Source: a bacterium (GTDB lineage: Bacteria > Electryoneota > Electryoneia > Electryoneales > Electryoneaceae). From it: a DNA stretch of 64,000 bases. A program made the position numbers and the translations under genes. Below the pieces are notes generated by a model, which was given only the letters and a program-made list of their open reading frames with translations, made no database searches and had not been told where the DNA came from. Location of the stretch: assembly GCA_963669175.1 (NCBI GenBank), contig OY769902.1:4672001-4736000 (forward strand). The letters are read 5' to 3'. This document shows, piece by piece, positions 10,601 through 20,009 of this stretch. Positions within the stretch are counted from its first letter, which is position 1; each line of letters opens with the position of its first letter.

Positions 10601-12476
10601 CCTTAAATGGGAAGCTTCAACGGATGCGGATGAAAGCGACTCGGCTGCCATCTTCATCTACGAAGTTGAATTGAAGCGTAAGAGCGGCGCTCTGCTTGGG
10701 GTGTTGACCACTGGACAGGGACAGACCGGAATCAGCCTGGACCCGGTTCAGGACAACTGGCTGGCCGACTGGCGGGTACGCGCTATTGATGATGAAGGCG
10801 CTGCTTCACCCTGGAGCCAGACGCGCATGGTGGAAGTCAACCGGGTGAATGACATCCCGACTACACCTGAAGGTTTCACCCTGACCGACAGCCAGCGTGT
10901 TTACCAGTATCCGGCGCCACTGGCATGGGATGCCTCGAGCGATATAGATGAAAGCGACCCGCCCTCATCCCTGATCTACCAGGTGGAACTTGTTCGGGAG
11001 AATGGGGATTCTGTCGCCGTACTGACCACTTCTCCAGGCCAGACAAGCATTACCCTCGATCCGGTCGAGGACAATAGCCGTGCACTTTGGCGAGTCAGGT
11101 CGGTTGACGATGAACAGGGCGCGTCACCGTGGTCCTCGCAGGGCATTATGGAAGTCAATGTGAAGGATGATCCGCCGAATGCCTTTGCGCTGATTACCCC
11201 CGAGAACAATGCCCGTCCCTACAGCCAGGGGCCAACGACATTCACCTGGGAAGAAGCGATAGATCCGGACCCGTTGAACACGGTCGAATACATCTTCTAC
11301 CTGTCCGAATCCAAGGGTTTCAGTGGACAGGACCTGGTTGTTCAGGACACGATCAAGGAAACCGAGTACACCTACGGCCCGGATCTGAAGCACCTTCACG
11401 ATTACTACTGGAAAGTCGAAGCGCTGGATAATACCGGTCTTTCAACCTGGTCGGATATCTTTACGCTTCGCGTCGTGTCAACACCAAGCACCCCGATCTG
11501 GGCTGGCGAATGGCCGATGGAAGTAACACCGGACTATTCAGTACAGTGGGAAACTTCCACCGACCCGGACCCGCGTGATGTGCTGGAATACCGCATTGAA
11601 ATTTCGGCTGCCGAATCGTTCGCTGAGAATGCGACAGCAGTGTTTGATCCGATTACCGGAACCTCTGTCAAGCTTAGCCAGATCCCGGGGATCAATGATG
11701 TCCTGTCCGACAACGGCCCGATGGTCATTCGCATCAAGGCGCGTGACGACCAGGGATTTGAAGGATTGTGGAGTGAGATTGCCGGGGCGTTCATGAACTT
11801 TGAAAATGATGCGCCGCAGCCACCGACCCTGATCTTCCCGAGCAACGACCGTCTCGATAACACACGACCGACATTCGAATGGCATGCGGGGAAAGATGAA
11901 GATCACACAGACCCGCAGAATTCGCTGCGTTATGAAGTCTTTATCGCCATGGCAGATGCTACGGATGCTGCGGTTCCGTTCGGCCAGCAGATGATTGCCG
12001 CCTCAAAGCAGACGGTTAATCCGAATGGGCTGCCGATCGCCGGTCTGTCGGAGACAAAGGGATTGACCTGGCGGCCCTCCGATCACCTGCCGGATAACAG
12101 TGAACTGGTATGGAAGATGCGCACCTTCGATGATGAAGACACCCCCTCAGTCTGGACCGATTGGGTCAACTTCAGCATTGACCGGAAACCGGAAGCGCCG
12201 AATACATTTGAATTGATTGAGCCGGTTCATGATGTTGCCATTGATCCCAACACGTCGATAACATTCAAGTGGAATGTGGCAATTGATCCGGATCTGGATT
12301 CGAAGGTTCACTACATGCTGAAGGTTGGCGACCAGGAATTCGGCCCCATGGATGAAACCAGCTTTACACTGGACGCAGGATTACCGGTAGGGAAGCACAA
12401 ATGGCGTGTTACGGCTGTCGATAATACAGGCATGACCAGGAATACTTCATACAATCGTATCCTGGTTGGCCAATAA
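7641..12476 (+). CDS. Large secreted/surface protein: right-handed beta-helix plus multiple FN3/Ig-like repeats
   Basis: N-terminal hydrophobic segment; GGGI/GGGV...N beta-helix repeats; many W...DxD...Y...WRVRAxD FN3-like modules. Confidence 0.85.
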   Translation: MLRFSHTVQTCMIICLAVVLLPVVSTFLHRSDSCTLWAQPPVMDVAELDETPVYHYPDQPVPEVIKTGDSQGNERWTPDQKYRINGEYEVFDGDSLVIEAGTWVGLNTDATLRIGGALIVNGTPENPVYFTRANPDSAFARILIMSSCTAQYTEKCEYCKGCIIQNAIIEGGGAYGGFFSEGQVLVSEGSPYLKNLTIRWGDARSGGGIAFVSQSEAKMEGCLIHHNHSSGNGGGIYVDHNTHPKLVDNVIIFNSADTDGGGVYMAHSNGVLYRNVIQSNTTKRDGGGVTITGSSPKLRLNLIRYNNAEGEGDNLVVHAGSSPLIHNNAIIAKENETTAATKTHTGTSNDIVAENNYWGITDMVHVRAQKLDFERQPSRPKLLVDPILEAPVDSTAGHAARIDTVMLYEDPEYQLELQTDYIGHETQIYLRIPGEGENPEILDWAIVDMIAANRDTVRLLVPETAPNSNEFRMMIRTSNRRDPDRFIVNAIVGDQITLLPANFKDKAFTTEVRFQQPFVRNLELVEVKDLQHMIDDSVVATWSFEEPQRRPQMQLKMTLLDTMENEFWASGEVDEMESRFKYHGPPFTPGENFILRIETTNGKIWSEPADILFHRNAIPAIPSPATPTDNQVLLTDRPILQVRGEVDPEGDSLYSTFLIMPEKDPGRIIRNSGEAFQDTFRTATVQPVDLPNATIPARSAHVRPPQIDTGRYPMTTSWMVDPPLDDNSVYIWSAFSTDHWETTDTSQAVRFIVNRFNDRPGEYTIQWPDWNDEILPTDRITWSLPPDPDPEEALTYTITLGGATLQTSETSVVAGEMQGINGIGDDVEVPLTIIVHDLEGASRVAADSARMVVYNAVNDTPTVPVGFNLVEGQRVRPYPANLSWTESTDEDQSDPSSSLVYDVEITRLWGEKVAILRTDPGVTNMDLTPIQDNWLAYWRVRAVDNTEAPSNWSPSVMLEVNAVNDTPSVPTGFNLEDGQIVREVPAYLKWEASTDADESDSAAIFIYEVELKRKSGALLGVLTTGQGQTGISLDPVQDNWLADWRVRAIDDEGAASPWSQTRMVEVNRVNDIPTTPEGFTLTDSQRVYQYPAPLAWDASSDIDESDPPSSLIYQVELVRENGDSVAVLTTSPGQTSITLDPVEDNSRALWRVRSVDDEQGASPWSSQGIMEVNVKDDPPNAFALITPENNARPYSQGPTTFTWEEAIDPDPLNTVEYIFYLSESKGFSGQDLVVQDTIKETEYTYGPDLKHLHDYYWKVEALDNTGLSTWSDIFTLRVVSTPSTPIWAGEWPMEVTPDYSVQWETSTDPDPRDVLEYRIEISAAESFAENATAVFDPITGTSVKLSQIPGINDVLSDNGPMVIRIKARDDQGFEGLWSEIAGAFMNFENDAPQPPTLIFPSNDRLDNTRPTFEWHAGKDEDHTDPQNSLRYEVFIAMADATDAAVPFGQQMIAASKQTVNPNGLPIAGLSETKGLTWRPSDHLPDNSELVWKMRTFDDEDTPSVWTDWVNFSIDRKPEAPNTFELIEPVHDVAIDPNTSITFKWNVAIDPDLDSKVHYMLKVGDQEFGPMDETSFTLDAGLPVGKHKWRVTAVDNTGMTRNTSYNRILVGQ
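10209..11162 (+). repeat. Three tandem 318-bp (106-aa) FN3-like intragenic repeats
   Basis: Units start at 10209, 10527 and 10845 (VNDTPTVPVGFNL / VNDTPSVPTGFNL / VNDIPTTPEGFTL ... QDNWLAxWRVRA). Confidence 0.85.
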
Positions 12477-12492
12477 CGGGTTAGGAAGTTTC

Positions 12493-13905
12493 ATGCAGGA
12501 AGCAAGACGGGCTTTTATCGAGATCGGTTCGAACACGGTAAAGCTCGCAGTTTTACAGAAAGATTCCGAGTGGATACATACAGTGTACCGGGACGAGCGC
12601 GTATCTCGTCTCGGTACTGCTGTTTCTGCCACGGATAATCTGGAATCCACAGCGATCCAGCATACGGTTGCATTGATCAGAGAAATGGTCAACCGGGCAG
12701 AAAAAGAGATATCCTGGGACAGTATTGATCTGTTTGGCACCTGGGCGCTTCGGACTGCGAAAAACAGCCCGGAATTCATTGAGCAACTTCACACCGTATC
12801 TGAAAAGCCAACCCGGATACTGACCGGCGAAGAAGAAGCAGTCGCGACCTTTCTGGCTGTTCGCAATGAAATAAAACAAGGCCCGCTTGCTGTAATTGAT
12901 CTTGGTGGCGGCTCAGTAGAAATATCCTATGGCGAGAACTTTACCCCGGAAAAGCTGATCTCATTGCCGCTGGGCGCACGAAGATTATTCGAGCGCTACC
13001 CTTTTCCTGATCCACCCAGTCATGAGAAAATTGAAGCTATCACTCATGACCTGCTGCATCGTATTCCGCCATTACCCCCAATAACATCGGGCGCTCAACT
13101 TGTGCTTACCGGCGGGGCGCGTGTGATAGCCGGGTATATCCGTGATAAGCACGGGATTGAACCCGATGCCCCGATCACTTCGCAGGTTTTCTCCAACGCT
13201 GCCGACGAGCTGATATTTGCGACCTCGGATCAGCTCAGGCAGATCGACCCGGAGCGCGCTGATATCCTGGCCCATGGCGCCCTGATACTGAAGCTACTGG
13301 TTCTAAAGACACAGGTTGCCAGCTTCCACGTTTCCGAAACATTCCTGTCACCGGGTGTCTATCTTGCGGAACAACGTGGCCACCCGCTTGAAAGCCAACC
13401 TTTGGTCAAGAAACTGGACCGGATTGATTTCCCACCCTTGACCAAACGGGATCGCATTGGAGAAGTTGTTTTCCTGTTGAGGCGTCCGGATGGCACTCTC
13501 TGGTTACAGACAAAAGCCAATTACCCGGAAGGTGAATACCGTCTCCCGGGCGGCGGGATGAAACCGGGTGAGGATCCGCTTGAAACCGTATTTCGTGAAG
13601 TAGAGGAAGAAACCGGCTTTACAGGCATTCGTCCCATGGCGCTGGCGAGGCTACGCTATACGGATGAGAACAACCATCTTATCCCGTTTACAACATGGCT
13701 TTTCCGTGTCGATTGCAGCATGGACACCCCGATAAACCAGGATCCATCTGAGCTGATCACAGACTGGAAAGCTGCCACGCATAAGGATTTGAAGGTTTAT
13801 GCACAAAAACTGGCTACCATAGGTGGCGCCAGGAAGGATTGGGGAGTGTTCCGGGCTACAGCGATACAGAAAACCCTGGAACTGCAAAAGCGTGGTGCGA
13901 TCTAA
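12493..13905 (+). CDS. Ppx/GppA-family phosphatase fused to a C-terminal NUDIX hydrolase
   Basis: ASKHA motifs EIGSNTVK, TWALRTAKN, LTGEEEA, DLGGGSVE, LPLGA, ERADIL; NUDIX box GGMKPGEDPLETVFREVEEETG. Confidence 0.88.
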   Translation: MQEARRAFIEIGSNTVKLAVLQKDSEWIHTVYRDERVSRLGTAVSATDNLESTAIQHTVALIREMVNRAEKEISWDSIDLFGTWALRTAKNSPEFIEQLHTVSEKPTRILTGEEEAVATFLAVRNEIKQGPLAVIDLGGGSVEISYGENFTPEKLISLPLGARRLFERYPFPDPPSHEKIEAITHDLLHRIPPLPPITSGAQLVLTGGARVIAGYIRDKHGIEPDAPITSQVFSNAADELIFATSDQLRQIDPERADILAHGALILKLLVLKTQVASFHVSETFLSPGVYLAEQRGHPLESQPLVKKLDRIDFPPLTKRDRIGEVVFLLRRPDGTLWLQTKANYPEGEYRLPGGGMKPGEDPLETVFREVEEETGFTGIRPMALARLRYTDENNHLIPFTTWLFRVDCSMDTPINQDPSELITDWKAATHKDLKVYAQKLATIGGARKDWGVFRATAIQKTLELQKRGAI

Positions 13906-14432
13906 ATCGCAATCAGGACAACAGTTCCCACTGCAATCAAACCGGCTGCAATGAGTGCGATAAGCTTCGTGGATTGTTGCGACTCGGAACGTGATTTTTC
14001 GATGCGAACCATCGGTTCGTTGTCCCCGGCTTCATACTTGCTGCCATCCATATATTCGATCCCGATCACACCAACATCAACATATTCTATCTTTTCTGTC
14101 GGCTGATAATAGGTTCCTGTCCCGCCGTTCAACAATACCTTATCATTGACAATAACCGGGCCGGTCAGCTTGATAAATACATCGCCATACGTTGGCGCCA
14201 TCAGGTCACCGACAGTATTATAGGCCAGCACTTTGATATATACGTATTTCACAATCTTCGTGCTGGTATTTCCGAAACTGCCATAGATTTCCAGCATCCC
14301 GGCTGTGTTCAGCTCGTAGCTGTTCAGGTCCAGATTGTACGGTTGCTGGCTCTGCGCTTCTGTCGCCAGGAAACTACCCAACACCAGTACGGTGATGATA
14401 AGAAAGCCGAATCTACCCGTGTTTCCACCCAT
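13902..14432 (-). CDS. Hypothetical exported protein with C-terminal membrane anchor
   Basis: Signal peptide (..LATEAQS), beta-rich domain, hydrophobic C-terminal helix. Confidence 0.7.
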   Translation of the reverse strand: MGGNTGRFGFLIITVLVLGSFLATEAQSQQPYNLDLNSYELNTAGMLEIYGSFGNTSTKIVKYVYIKVLAYNTVGDLMAPTYGDVFIKLTGPVIVNDKVLLNGGTGTYYQPTEKIEYVDVGVIGIEYMDGSKYEAGDNEPMVRIEKSRSESQQSTKLIALIAAGLIAVGTVVLIAI

Positions 14433-14551
14433 GCCTGTTACCTGAAACTTTAGTCAAACATTATATGAAGTCGCCGAAAGGTAATGGATTGATATATTAA
14501 TTCCAACTCACTGTTGGTTAAGAAGTTCCTGCCTCTCGGGACACCTCCATG

Positions 14552-17500
14552 CTATTCCTTCCCTGTCGTCCCTTCGACAGAAAATGCACCAACCTCAACA
14601 ACCTCCCCCCCGGCATCCAACCTGCGAGTAACCTCCTGCACCTGCTGGCTACCTGTACCATACCCGGTAAACAGATGGATGGTAATTGTTGTTTGACCGG
14701 CCAGAGTCTGCCTGTGATTGCCGTAATAGTTCACCTGTACTCGGTAATCTCCGTTCAGCGCCTTGCGGATCACATACTCTTCCGGACCATATCCCATGGT
14801 AAAATCATTGGTCATGTATCCACCTGTACGTGTATCTCGATGCTGGTAGAAGCATTTTTCATTCGAGGGATCGGTAACCCATAAATCCATGTCACACTGG
14901 TCCGCATCCCATTCGAGAACAACACGCAGATCAAGGACCAGGTTACGTATAAACCTCTTGTCAATTCGTGACATATCAAGCTTTTCACCGCAAGTTCCCA
15001 GGATATTGTTCAGCTCGGTCAGAATGATTATTTCGATTCCGGGAAACCTGTCATCCCAGGGACGTTCTACAGCTACATACAAGGTGTCAATAGCCTGCTG
15101 GTATTGCCCCGCATCTGCATAGGCCAGCCCAAGATCACGGTAGGATTGCGGTTCTTCCGGTCTAATTTCCAGGACTTTTTCGAATATGGATATGGCCAAG
15201 TCATTCTGATCCAATTGTTGCAGACGTTTTCCGAGAATACGCAGCAGCTCATGGTTTTCCAGTTCCATTTCCGCCAGGTTGGACAGAACACGTAACCCCA
15301 GCTCGGGCTTGCCCAGCTTGACCAGGTGATCAGACACATCCAGGAAAAAGGCTGTACTGTTTACATTTTGCGACCTGAAAGACAGGTATGCGGCATACAC
15401 ATCATCCGGGTCAGCCTCTTTGATTGCATTCATGTAAGGAGAATCCGGTTGCCAGGGCGCCAGCTTGATGGTTGCAGTCGCATGCATTTCATCTTCGGCG
15501 GTTTCAGTCTGTCCACTAACCGAAGAGGCCCGTGAACCGCTTCCCCCGGTGGCGCTTCCCCCCAGTGAAGCCGCTCCTTCACGAGACATTCTGAGCGGCC
15601 TCACTTCATTATTGCCAGATCCCGGTCCGTCAAAGTCCTGCGATGTTGTAGAGATTCCCCCATCCTCCCCTGACCAGTACACAGCCTCAGCCTCTTCCTC
15701 CATAAGAGATTCGGCGAAAAGCGGATCATTCGGATCTCTTCCCAGGTGTTCTTTTTCCTCGGGATACATGGATACTTTGCTGGGGAATTCTGTTTCATAC
15801 CAGCGGATACGTTCCTGCCACATCGCAAACACATGTTCAAGATGCGCCTTTTTATCGTTTTCCTTTTCTCTTTTTTGACTGGCGATCAGCTCTTCGCAGG
15901 CATCTTTCAAATCATCCGGCGGTTTTACATCGAAACGGACATAGTCCTCTACACGGTCCAGTACCATCAATGATGTATGTTCCGTAACCAGGCCATATTC
16001 CTTCGCTATCCCGGTTATTACGCTACGATGATCGCCGGGCGTTGCCTCGAGACGTGCGATCTCCATCTGTGCCCAAGTCCGTACAACGGCGCCATGAACA
16101 TCAACGATATTGTCATCGGAAAGCGTATAAACCTGGTCAATAAGCTGACCATCTCCCGCAACAAAGCTGACTTCGATTTTCGCCTTGCCGGATTGAAGAA
16201 TACCTGAAAACGACAGTGTTCCGGAGATTTCCGAATCTGCGCCAAAAGTCAACCTGTCAACCTTTCCTGACTTTACTGAGGCGTTGTGTCGATGCGGATG
16301 AACCTCACGAAGTTGGTTCAGACATTCTTGTGTATTCGGGAATTTTGCCGACGTGAGCAGGCTACCGCCAGACCTGGCAGCGATGCGTTGTCCCGCAAGC
16401 GTATTGAATTGGGCGGTGGAAGCGATGACATGGACCGGATATCTGCTGTCCGGCATTTGCTCGGGACCAATTGTTGTAAACAGATCGCTGAACAGCAACG
16501 CTTCATCACATTCATAGGAATTGAATTTGATAGCGCCTGGGGTTGAGCCGCCATCATAAGCCGTGTTTCTGAGCCGTTTTTCGAATCCTTCCCATTCTGC
16601 ATACGTGTGGACCGGATAGTACTCAGCCGCTTCTACCTGGTTTCTGAACGGTACCAGGGTAAACCGGACATGCTCGAGGTCACGATAGTACGCTTTAAGC
16701 AGCGCAAGCTCCCATTCCAGATCACGTTCAGTCATGGAACCGGATTCATCCCACAGAATCAGAATATCGTGCGGCACTTCACGTTGCCCGGAAGGAAGCG
16801 AAACCGGTGTGCGGAAATAGAAGTACGTGTTCCCGTCCCCGCCTGTTTCAAGCAGACAGACAGGTTGATCCGGATTATCATTTACAACCTTGAAGCCATA
16901 CCGTGCATTTTTCAGGCTGAAATTCGTGTATTCCGCCTCGGCTACCCAGGCCTGTTGCCACTGGTTGAACAGTTGGCGATCAAATCCATTGGTCTCCTCA
17001 TGTGGAACAGGCAGTGTTTCGCCGCTGAACACTTCAGCACGAATTGAGCACTTCTTCATGACAATATCAGCGTCGAATGTCAGGAGATATTCGGTAGCAT
17101 TTTCACGAACGGTCAGCGCCTGGTCGAAACCGATTACAATCCGCTTGGAACCTTTCGCCGGGACAGGATAGATACGTGTCCTGAATACATTACCCTCAAC
17201 ATGCTCCACCAGTGCCGGGTCAATACCCTCACGCACCAGTGTTTCGAATACAACACGGCCTTTTTCTTTTTCCACAACGGAAGCTTCGCGCAGCACTCCG
17301 TCAATTTCGTAAGCCAGGTAATTAATAGTCTCCCCGGGGGCAAGCGGAAAAATCAATTCGCCTTCCAGAATCCGGTTGTTGGGGTTATAAAAAGTCATTT
17401 CAATCCGGGTTGTTGACAGGGGTGGCGCTACGGAAATATCTATCTTCATGTCGTTCAACAGGATATCGTCCAGCTTGCCGTCACCGTCTGTTACTTGCAG

Positions 17501-17587
17501 AGTTGGCGCTAACTGGCAGAACAGCATGGCGGGAAATATCAGGGCCATGACAAAGGAATAACAAAGAATGTTGGTAGAATTCCGCAT
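14552..17587 (-). CDS. VIT + vWA-like + TPR + DUF2135 domain protein
   Basis: VIT (TFYNPNNRILEGELIFPL, DPALVE, FRTRIYPVP), MIDAS-like DESGS, RPEEPQSYRDL TPR, C-terminal WD..DMDLWVTDP..GYGPEEY; GGGAGG RBS before ATG 17587. Confidence 0.88.
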   Translation of the reverse strand: MRNSTNILCYSFVMALIFPAMLFCQLAPTLQVTDGDGKLDDILLNDMKIDISVAPPLSTTRIEMTFYNPNNRILEGELIFPLAPGETINYLAYEIDGVLREASVVEKEKGRVVFETLVREGIDPALVEHVEGNVFRTRIYPVPAKGSKRIVIGFDQALTVRENATEYLLTFDADIVMKKCSIRAEVFSGETLPVPHEETNGFDRQLFNQWQQAWVAEAEYTNFSLKNARYGFKVVNDNPDQPVCLLETGGDGNTYFYFRTPVSLPSGQREVPHDILILWDESGSMTERDLEWELALLKAYYRDLEHVRFTLVPFRNQVEAAEYYPVHTYAEWEGFEKRLRNTAYDGGSTPGAIKFNSYECDEALLFSDLFTTIGPEQMPDSRYPVHVIASTAQFNTLAGQRIAARSGGSLLTSAKFPNTQECLNQLREVHPHRHNASVKSGKVDRLTFGADSEISGTLSFSGILQSGKAKIEVSFVAGDGQLIDQVYTLSDDNIVDVHGAVVRTWAQMEIARLEATPGDHRSVITGIAKEYGLVTEHTSLMVLDRVEDYVRFDVKPPDDLKDACEELIASQKREKENDKKAHLEHVFAMWQERIRWYETEFPSKVSMYPEEKEHLGRDPNDPLFAESLMEEEAEAVYWSGEDGGISTTSQDFDGPGSGNNEVRPLRMSREGAASLGGSATGGSGSRASSVSGQTETAEDEMHATATIKLAPWQPDSPYMNAIKEADPDDVYAAYLSFRSQNVNSTAFFLDVSDHLVKLGKPELGLRVLSNLAEMELENHELLRILGKRLQQLDQNDLAISIFEKVLEIRPEEPQSYRDLGLAYADAGQYQQAIDTLYVAVERPWDDRFPGIEIIILTELNNILGTCGEKLDMSRIDKRFIRNLVLDLRVVLEWDADQCDMDLWVTDPSNEKCFYQHRDTRTGGYMTNDFTMGYGPEEYVIRKALNGDYRVQVNYYGNHRQTLAGQTTITIHLFTGYGTGSQQVQEVTRRLDAGGEVVEVGAFSVEGTTGKE

Positions 17588-17826
17588 TGTATCCTCCCGC
17601 ACTATGTAGTCAGGGTAATCGGTTTATACCATATCAAGCAATCTGCGGTCCAGAATATTGACCACATGTAATCTATTAACAATCAAAATCTTACTTCTTT
17701 AAATTGCGCAACTTCAATGTGTAATCTATGATGAGTACTTTACACCCTGTCAACCACTGTCAACATCCTGCACCGAGAACAGGGTGTAGTCGCAATCTGA
17801 ATTCTTCAATATAAAGCAGTTCTCGA

Positions 17827-18061
17827 TTTTATTCCGTCAAAATAGAGATTGTCGGGAAAAGGGGACGGGATCCTTTTCCTCTCACTTTTACGGAATACTC
17901 CTGAAGTATTCCTGGAAAAGGTAACTGTCCCCTTTTCCGTGTAATTCCTACCTGCTCTCAAGAAAAAGGGTATTGCCACCTTTCCCGGTTCATGCTCAGA
18001 CCGTAAAGGCTTTACCCCAGGGAAAGGAGGCAGTCCCCTTTTTCCATATCCTTTATCCCAA
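17827..18061 (+). repeat. ~235-bp four-hairpin REP/BIME-like element, copy A
   Basis: Four GGAAAAGG..CCTTTTCC-type palindromes (17855-17879, 17914-17938, 17962-17986, 18020-18045) arranged as two inverted pairs; collinear with the reverse complement of 43815-44049. Confidence 0.9.
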
Positions 18062-18298
18062 CTATATAGTTGAGCTTTTTACTGATATAGCACATGCCCC
18101 AATGACGGATTAATAATGGGAAGCGCTATAAGTCAGACAGAAGTGTCATATCTTCTTGACAGCAGGCAGCTTTCATTGTATGATCATGCACACATTTCTT
18201 TTGAATAGTTAAAAGTCTCTCGCAATTCCTGCTAAAGAATTGGGGTTTGTACATAAAATGCGCTATATTTGGCTTTTTGGTTTTCACTGGCAGGTACG

Positions 18299-19312
18299 AT
18301 GCAAAAACGTAAAGTCCTGATCGCAGAAGATGACGCCATGGTCGCCACGGTGATTGAGAAGACACTTCTCCTCAATGACTACGAGGTGAAAGTCTGTAGC
18401 GATGGACGCGAAGCCTTGACCACCATGCAGTTTTTCAAGCCAGATCTGGTTTTGACAGACTGGATGATGCCACGCATGGATGGTATTGAGCTGATGCGTC
18501 AGATTCGCCAGACATACAAACCATCCCCCATCATCGTCATGCTTACTGCGATCGGAACTCCGCAAGCTCGCCAGCATGCCCTGTCCTGCGGGGCGGATGG
18601 TTTCCTTTCGAAACCCTGCAAAGCCCGTGAACTGATTGACTGCCTGGCTGACTTGTTCACACGGAATGAACAAGCTGTACCCACGCTGGAAGATATTCAA
18701 CTGCCACCCAGATCAGCCAGCGTTCCTCCTTATGTATGTGTGGGGATCGTTACCAGCACGGGCGGTCCTACTGTCTTAAACAATCTGGTAAAAACACTTC
18801 CCGCATTACCCGATGCGGCCCTGGTTATTGTTGTGCATGCACCGAGCTGGGTGATTACAGAGCTACAGCACACCATGCAGCGTCGCACCTCCATGCGTGT
18901 AATCATGGCAGAACAGGACACAGAACTGCAACCTGGCACGATTTATCTTGCGCCCTGTACGGCAGAAGTTGTGCTTCAGAATTCTCCCCCAAGCTTTGAC
19001 CTGCGAATGGCCGTGGCTGAAGAAGAAGAATCATTTGTCCCCTCTGCTGATCCCCTTTTCAAGAGTATTGCGGAAATTTTCGGGCGGAACTGTATTGGCG
19101 TAGTCCTGACAGGGATGGGTAAAGATGGCGCGCATGGCAGCCGGTTTATTACTGCTGCGGGTGGAGAAGTTTATGTGCAGGATCCAGCCAGTACACCGGC
19201 ATCGGGAATGCCTGCAACTGTACTCGAAACCAACCCGGCAGCGATCTCATTGCCGGTAGCGGAGTTGCCGGAAGCCATTGCGAATCGTATTGATATGCTG
19301 GTCAACCGCTGA
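18299..19312 (+). CDS. Orphan CheB-like protein (REC + methylesterase)
   Basis: REC (AEDD, LTDWMMPRMDG, SKP) followed by STGGP, VVHAP, PSADPLF, VLTGMGKDG, VQDP..GMP. Confidence 0.85.
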   Translation: MQKRKVLIAEDDAMVATVIEKTLLLNDYEVKVCSDGREALTTMQFFKPDLVLTDWMMPRMDGIELMRQIRQTYKPSPIIVMLTAIGTPQARQHALSCGADGFLSKPCKARELIDCLADLFTRNEQAVPTLEDIQLPPRSASVPPYVCVGIVTSTGGPTVLNNLVKTLPALPDAALVIVVHAPSWVITELQHTMQRRTSMRVIMAEQDTELQPGTIYLAPCTAEVVLQNSPPSFDLRMAVAEEEESFVPSADPLFKSIAEIFGRNCIGVVLTGMGKDGAHGSRFITAAGGEVYVQDPASTPASGMPATVLETNPAAISLPVAELPEAIANRIDMLVNR

Positions 19313-19324
19313 GAATACCACTCA

Positions 19325-19780
19325 TCAGCCCCCGAAAAGCCGTGCAAGAACTTCACGCCTGTAGTCGAAGATATATTCAAGCTGTTTCCTGATATAGATG
19401 CGATGGACCAGATCTCCAATGATTCCAAATGGGAGCACGTAACGCACACGGTCCGTCATCATTGTCCCCCCACCGACCTCCATGAATGCATGGGTATGAT
19501 GCCACATCAGGTACGGCCCTTTCAACTGTTCATCGACGAACATGTTAGGGGGCTGGTACTCTGATATCAGCGTTCGCCAGTGCATCGGGACACCGGAAAG
19601 ACGAATGATATAATCAATCAGTCGTCCTTTGTGTATGGAAAATGGAAGAGGTGTCAGGATGGTAAACCGCATGGACGAAGGCGTAATTTTTCCCAGGTTT
19701 TCCGGAGCCTGAAAGAATGCGAACACCCTGTCTATCGGACGTGGAATGAACTGACGTCGTCGCAATGTATATACTCGCAT
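19325..19780 (-). CDS. SRPBCC family protein
   Basis: VFAFF..PENLGKITP, FVDEQLKGPY..WHHTH, IFDYR; GGAGGG RBS before ATG 19780. Confidence 0.85.
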   Translation of the reverse strand: MRVYTLRRRQFIPRPIDRVFAFFQAPENLGKITPSSMRFTILTPLPFSIHKGRLIDYIIRLSGVPMHWRTLISEYQPPNMFVDEQLKGPYLMWHHTHAFMEVGGGTMMTDRVRYVLPFGIIGDLVHRIYIRKQLEYIFDYRREVLARLFGG

Positions 19781-20009
19781 GATCAATCCCTCCATGTCTC
19801 TTTTTGAAACATCATCGTTCTGTGAAAGTAGAATAACAAATACTGTACCAGACTTCAAAAGTGGATTTTGCATTCTTTTGTAAAATGGGAACCCTCCGGC
19901 ATTCTCTTGCGTAGTAATATCATCTGATACTTTCATGATTTTACATTTTAGGTTGAGCCGGAAAAGCGAACCGGTGTATATTCTTCAGCCGGTATACGGG
20001 GAGGAGTGT

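Noticed and set aside
17855-18045. Possible mini CRISPR array (four spaced palindromic repeats; likewise 43831-44021)
   Set aside because: Units alternate in orientation, differ in sequence, have unequal spacers shared between the two loci, and no cas genes are present.
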